The notes under the pieces are model-generated. The model was not told the origin of the DNA. It did not search any database and worked only from the letters and a program-made list of their open reading frames with translations. The position numbers and the translations under genes were made by a program. Positions 18,931-28,020 of a stretch of DNA of 64,000 nt are shown piece after piece (position 1 is the first letter of the stretch; every line of letters starts with the position of its first letter). Origin of the DNA: Escherichia phage vb_EcoM_bov9_1; the sequence record MT884006.2; one strand, written 5' to 3'.

Positions 18931-18960
18931 ATAGTATCTCAATTTCCAACAAAAGTAAAC
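18931..18960 (-). promoter_or_regulatory. T4-type early promoter
   Basis: minus-strand GTTTAC-18-TACTAT upstream of sp. Confidence 0.45.
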
Positions 18961-18962
18961 AG

Positions 18963-19220
18963 TTATTTTAAAACTTCTGCGTAATCACATGTTACAAACT
19001 GTTTCTCTAACTTGACGATTTTACGAAAATACCTTTTACACTGACGAATCTGTCGCTTCGTAGGACGTACAGCAAACTTAATAAATTCCACTCGACCAAA
19101 TGGAGGACTTTCTTCTGCTGGAATATCTAGCACCAATTCCCACGTATCTGCAATAAGTGCTTTGAATTGAGTATTTTTCCTGACGTTATACGGAGTAGGT
19201 TTAAATAAAACAATATGCAT
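18963..19220 (-). CDS. small basic protein (61.4 position; candidate RNA-binding anti-defence factor)
   Basis: 85-aa ORF rich in K/R. Confidence 0.5.
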   Translation of the reverse strand: MHIVLFKPTPYNVRKNTQFKALIADTWELVLDIPAEESPPFGRVEFIKFAVRPTKRQIRQCKRYFRKIVKLEKQFVTCDYAEVLK

Positions 19221-19221
19221 A

Positions 19222-19404
19222 TTATCCTCGGCAATCTACTTCACATACTTTCTTGTCATCAATGAAAGCTTTAACTAATGCTTTATTAACTTCAGCATAT
19301 TGAGTAGTAGCCCATTGAACGTCATCTTTCATCATTGTGATTTCTTTAGTAAACATACTTTCATTCTTAAACCACCCCATAAAAACTACCTTTACCAATT
19401 CCAT
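19222..19404 (-). CDS. dmd: Dmd antitoxin (inhibitor of RnlA/LsoA-type RNases)
   Basis: 60-aa ORF immediately downstream of gene 41; size, position and sequence agree with T4 Dmd as I recall it. Confidence 0.7.
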   Translation of the reverse strand: MELVKVVFMGWFKNESMFTKEITMMKDDVQWATTQYAEVNKALVKAFIDDKKVCEVDCRG

Positions 19405-19433
19405 AACAATCTCCTCATTTAACCAACAAGACT

Positions 19434-19463
19434 ACTATACCATAGTCTTGTCAGCTTGTAAAC
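19434..19463 (-). promoter_or_regulatory. T4-type early promoter
   Basis: minus-strand GTTTAC-18-TGgTATAGT between gene 41 stop and dmd. Confidence 0.5.
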
Positions 19464-20890
19464 TAAAATTTTAATTCATTTGCCAAAGCATCTAACTGAG
19501 CTCGAGTCGATTCGTTTCTTTGATAGCGATTCTGCTCAGCTTGTATCTGTTGTGAACCTGCTACCTCACTCACTTCAGTTGGAGTAGAATCTTGTTCAAT
19601 TTCTACCCATTTCTGATTTCCTTTTTGAACACCCATCAAAAACTTATTCCACTTATTCTTATCACCATATCGTGATTTGATTTGCTTAATGAGTTGTTGT
19701 TCAGCAGCTGCTAGCTCCTCGGTTTCAATGACCGCAAGCATAAAATCAGCTGTTGCTGGAAGACCGGCAGATTCTGCGATATCACTCATGTTAACATCAG
19801 AAGAATCCCAAGCTTGTTTACCAACCTGTGCTGCAGTCCAAAGAACAGTTTCGGTTTCAACAGCCAGAGCACGTAATTCCTCTGCAATGGCTTTAACAGT
19901 TGTGTAACTATTTTCTGAATAAACTCTAATGCGACAAGATTTACAAATACCTAGATAGTCGACAATAATGATTGTTGGAACAAAATTCTTCTTGAGCTTT
20001 AATTCATTTAAAAGTGATCGAAATGTATTAGCGTCTGCTCCACCAGTAGGATATTGCTTAACGATTAAACGACCGAGAGTAGATTTCTCACGCCATTTTT
20101 CCATTTTTCCTTTATACTCGGCATAAGAAATATGTCCATCATCAATGTCATCAAGAGAAACATCGAGCATGTTAGCATCAATACGTTTAGCACAGACTTC
20201 TTCTGCCATTTCCATGGAGATATAAAGAACGTTATGACCAAGCTGCAAATAATCTGCTGCTAATGAACAAAGTCCTAATGATTTACCAACGTTAACGCCA
20301 GCCATTAAAACGTTCAGTGTTCCTGTTTCAGCTCCGCCTTTAGTAATTTTGTTTAGAATTCTGAGTTTAAATGGAACCTTACGAGCTTTATTCATATAAG
20401 ATAGCCAACGTGCTTCGTAGTCATCCATCCAGTCATGACCAACGTAGCTATCAAATGAAATTGATAATGCTTGCCGCATGATGTCAGGAATAGCACCAAC
20501 ATCCGGCATTTTCTTATTTCGTTTTTCCGGAGGAAGCTCAGCATTAGTTTGAATTTCGATTATTTTAGACGTAGCATTAAACATCGCCCTTTGCTGAACA
20601 TATTTTTCTGTTTCTTTTACTAACCAGCTGTGGTCTTCCGGAGAATCAGCCAGTTTTGAAATAAGTGTTTTTACACCAGAATATTCTGTTTCAGTAAATG
20701 AACTATTTTCTAATGCAACATTTAACGCATTAATAGATGGAACGCTATGATACTCATTAACATGAGATTTAATTAATTTGAATGTATTTTTAGCTGGACC
20801 ACTTTCAAAATATTCTGAATCCATATATGGCCAAACTTTTGAAAAATAAGCTTGATCAAATATGAGATGAGAAAGAATAATTTCTACCAC
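19463..20890 (-). CDS. 41: replicative DNA helicase gp41 (DnaB-like)
   Basis: 475-aa ORF; Walker A GVNVGKS and DnaB-family motifs; size equals T4 gp41. Confidence 0.95.
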   Translation of the reverse strand: MVEIILSHLIFDQAYFSKVWPYMDSEYFESGPAKNTFKLIKSHVNEYHSVPSINALNVALENSSFTETEYSGVKTLISKLADSPEDHSWLVKETEKYVQQRAMFNATSKIIEIQTNAELPPEKRNKKMPDVGAIPDIMRQALSISFDSYVGHDWMDDYEARWLSYMNKARKVPFKLRILNKITKGGAETGTLNVLMAGVNVGKSLGLCSLAADYLQLGHNVLYISMEMAEEVCAKRIDANMLDVSLDDIDDGHISYAEYKGKMEKWREKSTLGRLIVKQYPTGGADANTFRSLLNELKLKKNFVPTIIIVDYLGICKSCRIRVYSENSYTTVKAIAEELRALAVETETVLWTAAQVGKQAWDSSDVNMSDIAESAGLPATADFMLAVIETEELAAAEQQLIKQIKSRYGDKNKWNKFLMGVQKGNQKWVEIEQDSTPTEVSEVAGSQQIQAEQNRYQRNESTRAQLDALANELKF

Positions 20891-20899
20891 ACTTACTCC

Positions 20900-21268
20900 T
20901 TAAAAGAATTTAAATTTTTTCTTTGACCTTTTATTAAATGCATCTTGTAGTTGCATTGTAATACATTTTTCTACATGAGGAGCTAACTCAGCTTTTCTTT
21001 CTTGGTCAAGAACAGCAAAGTCCATTACAACCTTTCCATCAACCCAATCCAGTTTAGTTACATACACTATATGTGTAGAACCATCTTCTAGTTTAATGAC
21101 AATCTCCTGGATAACATTTTCCATAGCGGATTTAATTATCTTAAGAGACTCATTAAAAAGACGTTCTTTTCTTTCTTCTTCCCCCTCCGAAGAGGGGGAT
21201 TCATCGATAATTTCTAGATCTAAATCTAAATCTAAATCATCTTTATTCATTAAATTCTTCCATATCAC
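20900..21268 (-). CDS. 40: gp40 head vertex assembly factor
   Basis: 122-aa ORF between 41 and uvsX; true start may be an internal Met because the annotated start overlaps the uvsX 3' end. Confidence 0.55.
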   Translation of the reverse strand: MIWKNLMNKDDLDLDLDLEIIDESPSSEGEEERKERLFNESLKIIKSAMENVIQEIVIKLEDGSTHIVYVTKLDWVDGKVVMDFAVLDQERKAELAPHVEKCITMQLQDAFNKRSKKKFKFF

Positions 21269-22424
21269 TTAACTGTTCGAGGTCAGTTTCTAAATCAGCA
21301 GCTGATTTACTTTTACTTTCTGGAGATTTAAATTTTTCAACCTTTGAGTTAATCAATTCATCAACTTCAGCTTCAACAATTTCATTGCTATCAATAGCAC
21401 CTAACTGATAAGCACGTTTAATAGCATCTCGGAATGGTTGATGCTTAAATAAAGGACCCCAGAATGTAGTGCAGTTGGTATCTTTTGCACGCCAAGATTT
21501 TTCTTCGCGAATCATCTCACCGGTTTCTTCATCAAGAAATTCACGAGCATACCAACCGTTCTTAGGTTTTACCACGAATCCTAATTCTAGAGCCATATCT
21601 AACAATCCAGAATAAGGATCGATACCACCATCAAATTTAACATCAATAAAGAATTTACTTTTTTCTTTAACGGTACGAGATTTTTCTACATTTAGAACAA
21701 ATTGATACCCCTGAAGATCAGAACCATCTTTAATCTGGCGTTTACCGATAATGAATACGGTATCAGCCGAATACATTACGCCTGTACCACCTGTCATCAC
21801 GGTTTTACTAAACATTTCAATTGTTTCAATTGTATGGTTAACCGCAACACATGGAATATTTTTAATGCTAAAATAAGGAGTAACAATACGGAATAATGAC
21901 TTCAGTGATTTAGCACGAGTCATATCTGCCACAGATTTTTCATTCAAGGCATCTTCCGTTTCTTTCTTAGAAGCCATATTACCAATTGAATCGATGAATA
22001 CAATAACCTTTTCACCACGCTCAATAGCTTCAAGCTGATTCACCATATCAATTTTCAGCTGTTCAACTGACTGGATTGGTGTATGAATTACTCGTTCCGG
22101 GTCAACTCCCATGGATCGCAAATAAGCTGGAGTAATACCAAATTCGCTATCATAGAATAGACAAACCGCGTCAGGATATTTGTTCAAATATGCCGCAACC
22201 ATAGTCAAAGACATATTTGATTTAAAGTGTTTAGAAGGCCCTGCGAAAATAGTTAAACCAGACTGCATACCGCCATCAATCGCACCAGAAATAGCAATAT
22301 TAAGCATTGGGATTTTTGTACGAATTACATCCTTTTCATTAAAGAATTTAGATGTAGTCAGTTCAGCAGTCATTTTAGAAGTGGAAGCTTTAATCAAACG
22401 GGATTTTAAATCTGCAATAGACAT
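21243..22424 (-). CDS. uvsX: UvsX recombinase (RecA family)
   Basis: 393-aa ORF; Walker A GPSKHFKS, RecA-like core; sequence recognisably UvsX. Confidence 0.95.
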   Translation of the reverse strand: MSIADLKSRLIKASTSKMTAELTTSKFFNEKDVIRTKIPMLNIAISGAIDGGMQSGLTIFAGPSKHFKSNMSLTMVAAYLNKYPDAVCLFYDSEFGITPAYLRSMGVDPERVIHTPIQSVEQLKIDMVNQLEAIERGEKVIVFIDSIGNMASKKETEDALNEKSVADMTRAKSLKSLFRIVTPYFSIKNIPCVAVNHTIETIEMFSKTVMTGGTGVMYSADTVFIIGKRQIKDGSDLQGYQFVLNVEKSRTVKEKSKFFIDVKFDGGIDPYSGLLDMALELGFVVKPKNGWYAREFLDEETGEMIREEKSWRAKDTNCTTFWGPLFKHQPFRDAIKRAYQLGAIDSNEIVEAEVDELINSKVEKFKSPESKSKSAADLETDLEQLSDMEEFNE

Positions 22425-22501
22425 TCATTTTTTCCATAGGCATCATTATATTTTCCTCACTGGTTAAAGATAGAGTAATTATAACACAATAAATTTAGGC
22501 A

Positions 22502-23350
22502 TTAATCAACTGCTATCGGATGAATAGCATTAAACTTATGAAATGCTTCTGATTTTTCTTTACGAGAAACACACATGCGAAGAACCTTTAATGGCTCGTC
22601 TTCTTCACCCAACGATTTTCGTTTTTCAATATTAGAAGTTTTCCAACGAGCTTGCTCTGGAAACTCTCTATTGATTTGCTCAAGCGCTCTATTATGTTTA
22701 GAATTACTACGAATTGAACTGCACCCGCCAGGAGCTTGTGCTTTTCCAGATACAACCAGATATTTGAACAAGGCCAAATGCGGATAACCTTGATTAATTA
22801 AATTGAGAAATGCATACATATCTTCACATAAATCAATTTTTCCATACCCAATTTGTTCTGTCGTAAGTTTTCCGAGGTCATACCATGTATTCGTGAATCC
22901 ATATGAATTTTCACGATAATTACCCCAAGATGAAGTAATTTTAAAAATAGGTAGACGAGCATGGCCATGATAATACCCACAATCCATGGCATCCTCAACA
23001 TATTGAATCAATTCATAGAACTGTTCACGAGTCAATTGATTGACTTTATCCACACAACGACGATCATCTCTTTTTCGCATTGAACTCATACGAATAGTAG
23101 TATCATCGTCAATCATCCAGATTCGTTGACCTGCATACATGTCAGTAATTGCTTTACGAGTACCGGCAATTCCGTTTACATCATCAGGAATAGTTATAAT
23201 TTTAGCTCTAGACCCATAGGCATCATAATAAGCTTTTTCTTCGTGTTCACGCACTACAATATGTGGTTCATAATCAGTCGGAAACATATCAAGGGCAGAA
23301 ACTGCCCCTACACGTTGATAGCTTGGAATTACGAATTGAATCATTTCCAC
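22502..23350 (-). CDS. putative glycosyltransferase with DxD motif at the beta-gt locus (not T4 beta-gt)
   Basis: 282-aa ORF between uvsX and 42; WMIDDDTTIR motif suggests a GT-A-type sugar transferase; no resemblance to my recollection of T4 beta-glucosyltransferase. Confidence 0.5.
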   Translation of the reverse strand: MEMIQFVIPSYQRVGAVSALDMFPTDYEPHIVVREHEEKAYYDAYGSRAKIITIPDDVNGIAGTRKAITDMYAGQRIWMIDDDTTIRMSSMRKRDDRRCVDKVNQLTREQFYELIQYVEDAMDCGYYHGHARLPIFKITSSWGNYRENSYGFTNTWYDLGKLTTEQIGYGKIDLCEDMYAFLNLINQGYPHLALFKYLVVSGKAQAPGGCSSIRSNSKHNRALEQINREFPEQARWKTSNIEKRKSLGEEDEPLKVLRMCVSRKEKSEAFHKFNAIHPIAVD

Positions 23351-24081
23351 TCACCGTTATAATCTTTTTTCACAATATGAGTTTCGCCAGTATTCCACCA
23401 ATGATCAACCAAGTAAAAATGACGAGAATATACATGAAGACTTCCAACATTCCATATAATAGAACCTGCTTTATACTGACGAGTTGAATCGCCTGCATTC
23501 AAATCAGATACTAATTTATCTAATACGTATTTTTGCCATGCATAATCATTACGGAATCCGAAGACCACGTCATTTGAGCGCATGCTTACTACTGCATTGA
23601 CTTTCTTATCACGAATCAGGTACTGTACTGTATTAGTACACATGAAATCTGACATACCATCTTTATTGTAGTCAAATTGCATGGATGGACGAGTATAAAT
23701 CATGATACCACGTCGAGAATCAGGATTTTGACCAAGTTCAGCTAAACACATATCATACTGAGCATAGTTATCTTCTGACCAGATAGCCCAACCGTAATTC
23801 GAGTTAATTTCACCTTTAGAAGATGCTACTTGTTGCCAAATCTTCGGTGTTTCACCCGGAATATCTTTAACGAACAAGCTCTTAGATTTATACCATTCAA
23901 GTTCACGCTGAATGTATTCATCATTAAGAGCGCCAAAAATAAACGGTTCATCTGCTACAAATGATGCGCCAATAATTTCAATAGTTTTAACACCAGTTTT
24001 ATCAACTACGAAATCTTTTTCTTTTAATGCAAGCCCCAAATGAAGACGGATTTCTTCAACTGTCATAGAGTCACTAATCAT
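23341..24081 (-). CDS. 42: dCMP hydroxymethylase gp42
   Basis: 246-aa ORF; thymidylate-synthase-like fold motifs; size equals T4 gp42. Confidence 0.9.
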   Translation of the reverse strand: MISDSMTVEEIRLHLGLALKEKDFVVDKTGVKTIEIIGASFVADEPFIFGALNDEYIQRELEWYKSKSLFVKDIPGETPKIWQQVASSKGEINSNYGWAIWSEDNYAQYDMCLAELGQNPDSRRGIMIYTRPSMQFDYNKDGMSDFMCTNTVQYLIRDKKVNAVVSMRSNDVVFGFRNDYAWQKYVLDKLVSDLNAGDSTRQYKAGSIIWNVGSLHVYSRHFYLVDHWWNTGETHIVKKDYNGEWK

Positions 24082-24088
24082 TTAAACC

Positions 24089-24238
24089 TCAATTGATACA
24101 TTCATATTTAACTTGTAACAGTAATAAACTCCAACCTAAAATAATAGTTGGAATCATAAGAGGAACCGTTACACTATAGTATATACTTATTATAACCATC
24201 AAGATTAAAAGCAACACTGCTATAATTTTGCTTTTCAT
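24089..24238 (-). CDS. small hydrophobic membrane protein (imm.1-like)
   Basis: 49-aa ORF not in the track (MKSKIIAVLLLILMVIISIYYSV...); start overlaps the imm stop; coordinates hand-derived. Confidence 0.35.
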   Translation of the reverse strand: MKSKIIAVLLLILMVIISIYYSVTVPLMIPTIILGWSLLLLQVKYECIN

Positions 24239-24486
24239 TCTTTCTCTCTGATGATAATTACTTGATTTGGCTGTGCAGACTTTTTGGTTTCACCCGCAAT
24301 TGACCAAATAAATGTAATAAACCAACCAATAATTGACCAGTTAAACAGTAAAGATGTGAAAAAGATTCCTACTGTCGATTTTGACCCACGCATCAAAGCA
24401 ATAAACCATGGAAGCATGTATATAATAATAGCCAACACGCCTGAAACTAAAACCATAAAAATTGAACCTGCTACTAAAGTTTCCAT
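24235..24486 (-). CDS. imm: Imm superinfection immunity membrane protein
   Basis: 83-aa ORF with two hydrophobic helices; size and position after gene 42 match T4 imm. Confidence 0.75.
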   Translation of the reverse strand: METLVAGSIFMVLVSGVLAIIIYMLPWFIALMRGSKSTVGIFFTSLLFNWSIIGWFITFIWSIAGETKKSAQPNQVIIIREKE

Positions 24487-24493
24487 GTTTTCC

Positions 24494-24874
24494 TCACTTA
24501 GTCAAATTTTTTACGCATGAATTATAAGAATTCACTACATACTCCATCGGAGCATTTTTACCGGTACGCCATTGGTAATTATTAGCCCAATTAGCCCAAA
24601 TTTCGGCGCAGTAGTTTTCAATTTTTTCTTCGCGTGTAATTACATCAGAATTACGATATGCTTGAGCAGATTCATCTGGACGAATAGCTTCGTCAAAATT
24701 CGCCTGCATTTGTTCGACTGTTTGCTTTGGAGCTTCTTTATAACACTTGACATTAGGATTATAAAATTTGCTTGAACAGTTTACAATTTTTCCTACATCA
24801 GACTGATTTACTACTGGTCCTTGAGCTACACAGCCAGTAAGACCTAATGCAATAATCAAAATAGCGATTTTCAT
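24494..24874 (-). CDS. predicted lipoprotein
   Basis: 126-aa ORF, signal peptide with lipobox LTGC. Confidence 0.55.
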   Translation of the reverse strand: MKIAILIIALGLTGCVAQGPVVNQSDVGKIVNCSSKFYNPNVKCYKEAPKQTVEQMQANFDEAIRPDESAQAYRNSDVITREEKIENYCAEIWANWANNYQWRTGKNAPMEYVVNSYNSCVKNLTK

Positions 24875-24884
24875 AATAATTTCC

Positions 24885-25133
24885 TCAAATACAAGTAGTA
24901 ATTACTCCAGTAGTGCTTATGCAGGTATTACCCATTTGCACACCTAAAGATCCATTTGTATTCACATGAAGATTATCATCAATTTTAACTGATATTTTAC
25001 CATTAGTGTGAATAACAGTGCTAGATTCAATCACAGGTTGAGTATCATTTTCAACACTAACAAATGGAACTGCTGTTAATGCAACTAAACAAACTGCTAA
25101 GCATCCCATAACAATTTTCATTTTATTCTCCAA
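24885..25133 (-). CDS. predicted secreted or membrane-anchored small protein
   Basis: 82-aa ORF with N-terminal hydrophobic signal; begins MENKMK like two other genes. Confidence 0.5.
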   Translation of the reverse strand: MENKMKIVMGCLAVCLVALTAVPFVSVENDTQPVIESSTVIHTNGKISVKIDDNLHVNTNGSLGVQMGNTCISTTGVITTCI

Positions 25134-25158
25134 ATCTGTATCAGTAGTTGATAGTTGT

Positions 25159-25188
25159 ATAGTACCATGGAAGAACAGTCTTGTAAAC
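25159..25188 (-). promoter_or_regulatory. T4-type early promoter inside a repeated promoter-leader cassette
   Basis: minus-strand GTTTAC-18-TGgTACTAT; cassette also seen near 51108 and 52547. Confidence 0.5.
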
Positions 25189-25270
25189 AGTTTTGTGAAA
25201 AATTTTTTAATGAATCCAAAAGGTCCAGAATCATCTGTTTTTCACAAGTATAGATTTATATTACTTGTAT

Positions 25271-25292
25271 GAAAAAGGGACCCGGAGGTCCC
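25271..25292 (-). terminator. intrinsic terminator hairpin downstream of gene 43
   Basis: gggacc-cgga-ggtccc inverted repeat with flanking A/T tract. Confidence 0.55.
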
Positions 25293-25305
25293 TAGATTTA
25301 TTCTA

Positions 25306-28002
25306 TCAGCCAAACAGGAAGTCTAACGAAGCTTTTTCTTCATAGTCCATACCAGCCGATTCACACATACCCGCAAGCGGTTTAACAAACGATTTTTGGA
25401 ACAAAGTTGAGTAGTCAATCCAAGACAGTACATCAGAACGAATTTCTTTTGGAAGTTCTGTGCCCGACGGCCAAGCAATGCACTTGTCACCAAATGGATT
25501 TCCTTCACGCAATGGAAGAACCATTACCTTATTTCCATCCAAAATTGGAGCTACACCTAAACCGCTAACAGCTCGACGATAAGTTAGCACACCACGAATA
25601 TGGAACGGGCATTTAAATCCTGGCCAACCTTTATCATCATATTTCGCTATATCGTTCGCAGTTTTTACTTCAGCAATAACTTTATAGTCAAGTTGACGAT
25701 ATTCTTTCTCGAAGTTCTTGTAATATTCTTGGACAGACTCTTCACCTTCCTGAAGAATACGACGAATACTTTCTTCGAGAGCTTCTTGCACTGCCTTTGG
25801 TGTTGAACTCTGCTGAGTTTCCATACCCATGATTTTTAGATGCGGTTCAGCAAATCGCTTATCTTCCATATCATAAACGTTCAGAGCATAACGCTTTTTC
25901 GCTTTCCAAAATCCACCAACGCCCTTTGAACCAAGCGGAGGGCAAGAAATAGCTTCACGGTCCATATGCATCAGATGCTCGCGGTTATTCATATAATCAC
26001 ATAACTCACGATATGCAACATCAATCATAGGTTCCATCTTTTTCTTACCGAACTGATTCATGAATTCAACTAAATCGTTCTGCTCTTTGAATCGGTCAAG
26101 ACCAACTTTTTCAATAACTTTATCTACACAAACATATACCGAATCAGTATCACCTGCTGCAATGAAATCTTCACCATTAGTTCCGCATACTTTATTCAGA
26201 TATTCATTAATTTTACGAGCAATCCACTGAATACCAACTTGGCCGAAAATTGTGATAGCAGTAGCATTTCGCAAATCATAGTAACGGAAATGAATATTAC
26301 CAAGAGCACCATAAAGACTGTTAATAAGAATTTTACGGTTCAGCTGATTTGTGTTAGCAAGTGTAGCCGCTTTTTCGCATTCCTCAATCAGACTATTGAG
26401 AACAGATTCAGTATAATTCGATAGTTCATTTAAGAAATCATCACTGAACTTAACATATCGTTCAACTTCTGGTTTAGTTGAACAGGACCCTGCGCCTTTC
26501 ATAATAATCTTTTTAATAGCTTCGGCATTCATTTCTTCAGCGAACATTTTCTTTTTCCAATCTTTACGCTGGAAAAATACTTTAGCGATTTCCTTTGGAA
26601 TGATACCTTCTTGATGCTTATCATACATCCATCCATTCGGAGAACAAGAATATTCATCACTCGGTTTAGGAGCTGTTCCTGCGATATATTCATGAATTGG
26701 ATGAACTTTAAACTGCCCACGAATAGTCTCAGGACTAATGTTAACCTGACGAATAATGCTCGGATACAGAGACGTCAAGTCAAAACTCATAATATATCGA
26801 CGAGCAATTGGTTTAGGTTCAAATACAAATGCACCCGGAAAACTTTGTTTAACGTGCGAACCTTGTTGAGGAATAACCTTGTGTTCACCTTTCAATGAGT
26901 TAAAAATAATAGCATCCCAAGTTTTAATAGGACTCATTACACCAGAAAAAGGCATTTTAGCGTAATAAGACATACTTAAAACTAGATCGATAAACCCGCG
27001 AATTTTATCAATTGCTTGAACTGATTCTACGTCAATGATGTTATAACTAATGTATCGTTGATGATTAGTCTCACGAAGTTTATTAATAGGACCGTCGTAT
27101 GGTAATTTACCTTTTTTGGTTTCATGTTGAGCAACTGATTCCAAAGAGAATGACGGCAAATTAGTAAAAGCGAATTTCTTGTACAAATCTAAATAATCAA
27201 GAATAGATACGCCATCAATAGAATAAATTTCTTTGCTACCGTACATATTTTGAATTAGTTTAGATTTTACTCGACCGATTGGAGAGAAGCGTTTCATACT
27301 GCGTTCACCTAGAATCATTTTAACACGATTCATGATATACGGAACGTCAAACCCCTCAATATTCCAACCAGTAAAAATAGCAGGTCGTTTCTGTTCCCAG
27401 AGATTAATATATTCCATGAGCATATCACGCTCATTATCGAATGGCATATAAATTACTCGGTCAAGAATTTCTTGAGGAACTTCATCACCACCTTCACAGT
27501 CAAGCTTAGCAGCTAACTTTGCATCCCATTTTGATACTGAACCGTACATTGAATTCAAAAGGTCGAAAACATAAAAACGGTCATCAATTGAATCGTAATG
27601 AGTGATAGCATCAATTTCATATTCAGCTTTCATTGGGTCAGGAAATTTATCACCAGTAACCTCAATGTCACAGTTAGCTACACGAACAAATTTTCGGTCA
27701 TAAACAATTTCTGAACCATACGTATCACTGATATAAGCGAGTTTAAAATCGTTCATACCGAGAGCTTCGAGACCGATGTCTTCCATTCGCTTCATCCAAT
27801 CTCGAGCATCTTTCATTGATGGAAATTTTTGAGGAGCGCAATTTTTACCATAAATGTCTTTGTATTTTGACTCTTCCTTACAATGCCTAAACATAGTCGG
27901 AAGATATTCTACTTCACGAGTACGTTCCTTTCCGTTTTCATCAATATAACGTTCAACAATGTTATTTCCGACTGTTTCAATAGAGATATAAAATTCTTTC
28001 AT
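25306..28002 (-). CDS. 43: DNA polymerase gp43 (family B, with 3'-5' exonuclease)
   Basis: 898-aa ORF; exo motifs and polymerase motifs (SLYPSII, AAGDTDS-like); length equals T4 gp43. Confidence 0.97.
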   Translation of the reverse strand: MKEFYISIETVGNNIVERYIDENGKERTREVEYLPTMFRHCKEESKYKDIYGKNCAPQKFPSMKDARDWMKRMEDIGLEALGMNDFKLAYISDTYGSEIVYDRKFVRVANCDIEVTGDKFPDPMKAEYEIDAITHYDSIDDRFYVFDLLNSMYGSVSKWDAKLAAKLDCEGGDEVPQEILDRVIYMPFDNERDMLMEYINLWEQKRPAIFTGWNIEGFDVPYIMNRVKMILGERSMKRFSPIGRVKSKLIQNMYGSKEIYSIDGVSILDYLDLYKKFAFTNLPSFSLESVAQHETKKGKLPYDGPINKLRETNHQRYISYNIIDVESVQAIDKIRGFIDLVLSMSYYAKMPFSGVMSPIKTWDAIIFNSLKGEHKVIPQQGSHVKQSFPGAFVFEPKPIARRYIMSFDLTSLYPSIIRQVNISPETIRGQFKVHPIHEYIAGTAPKPSDEYSCSPNGWMYDKHQEGIIPKEIAKVFFQRKDWKKKMFAEEMNAEAIKKIIMKGAGSCSTKPEVERYVKFSDDFLNELSNYTESVLNSLIEECEKAATLANTNQLNRKILINSLYGALGNIHFRYYDLRNATAITIFGQVGIQWIARKINEYLNKVCGTNGEDFIAAGDTDSVYVCVDKVIEKVGLDRFKEQNDLVEFMNQFGKKKMEPMIDVAYRELCDYMNNREHLMHMDREAISCPPLGSKGVGGFWKAKKRYALNVYDMEDKRFAEPHLKIMGMETQQSSTPKAVQEALEESIRRILQEGEESVQEYYKNFEKEYRQLDYKVIAEVKTANDIAKYDDKGWPGFKCPFHIRGVLTYRRAVSGLGVAPILDGNKVMVLPLREGNPFGDKCIAWPSGTELPKEIRSDVLSWIDYSTLFQKSFVKPLAGMCESAGMDYEEKASLDFLFG

Positions 28003-28020
28003 AGATATTCCTTAGTTTAT

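Noticed and set aside
21217-21240. Possible CRISPR-like or direct repeat array
   Set aside because: Only a 6-nt unit repeated about three times inside a coding sequence; no repeat-spacer structure seen anywhere in the window.
22430-22500. Possible MotA-dependent middle promoter upstream of uvsX
   Set aside because: A TATAAT-like -10 is present but I could not find a convincing MotA box (TGCTT) at -30.
25323-25508. 61-aa ORF in an alternative frame inside gene 43
   Set aside because: Completely nested within the DNA polymerase gene in another frame.
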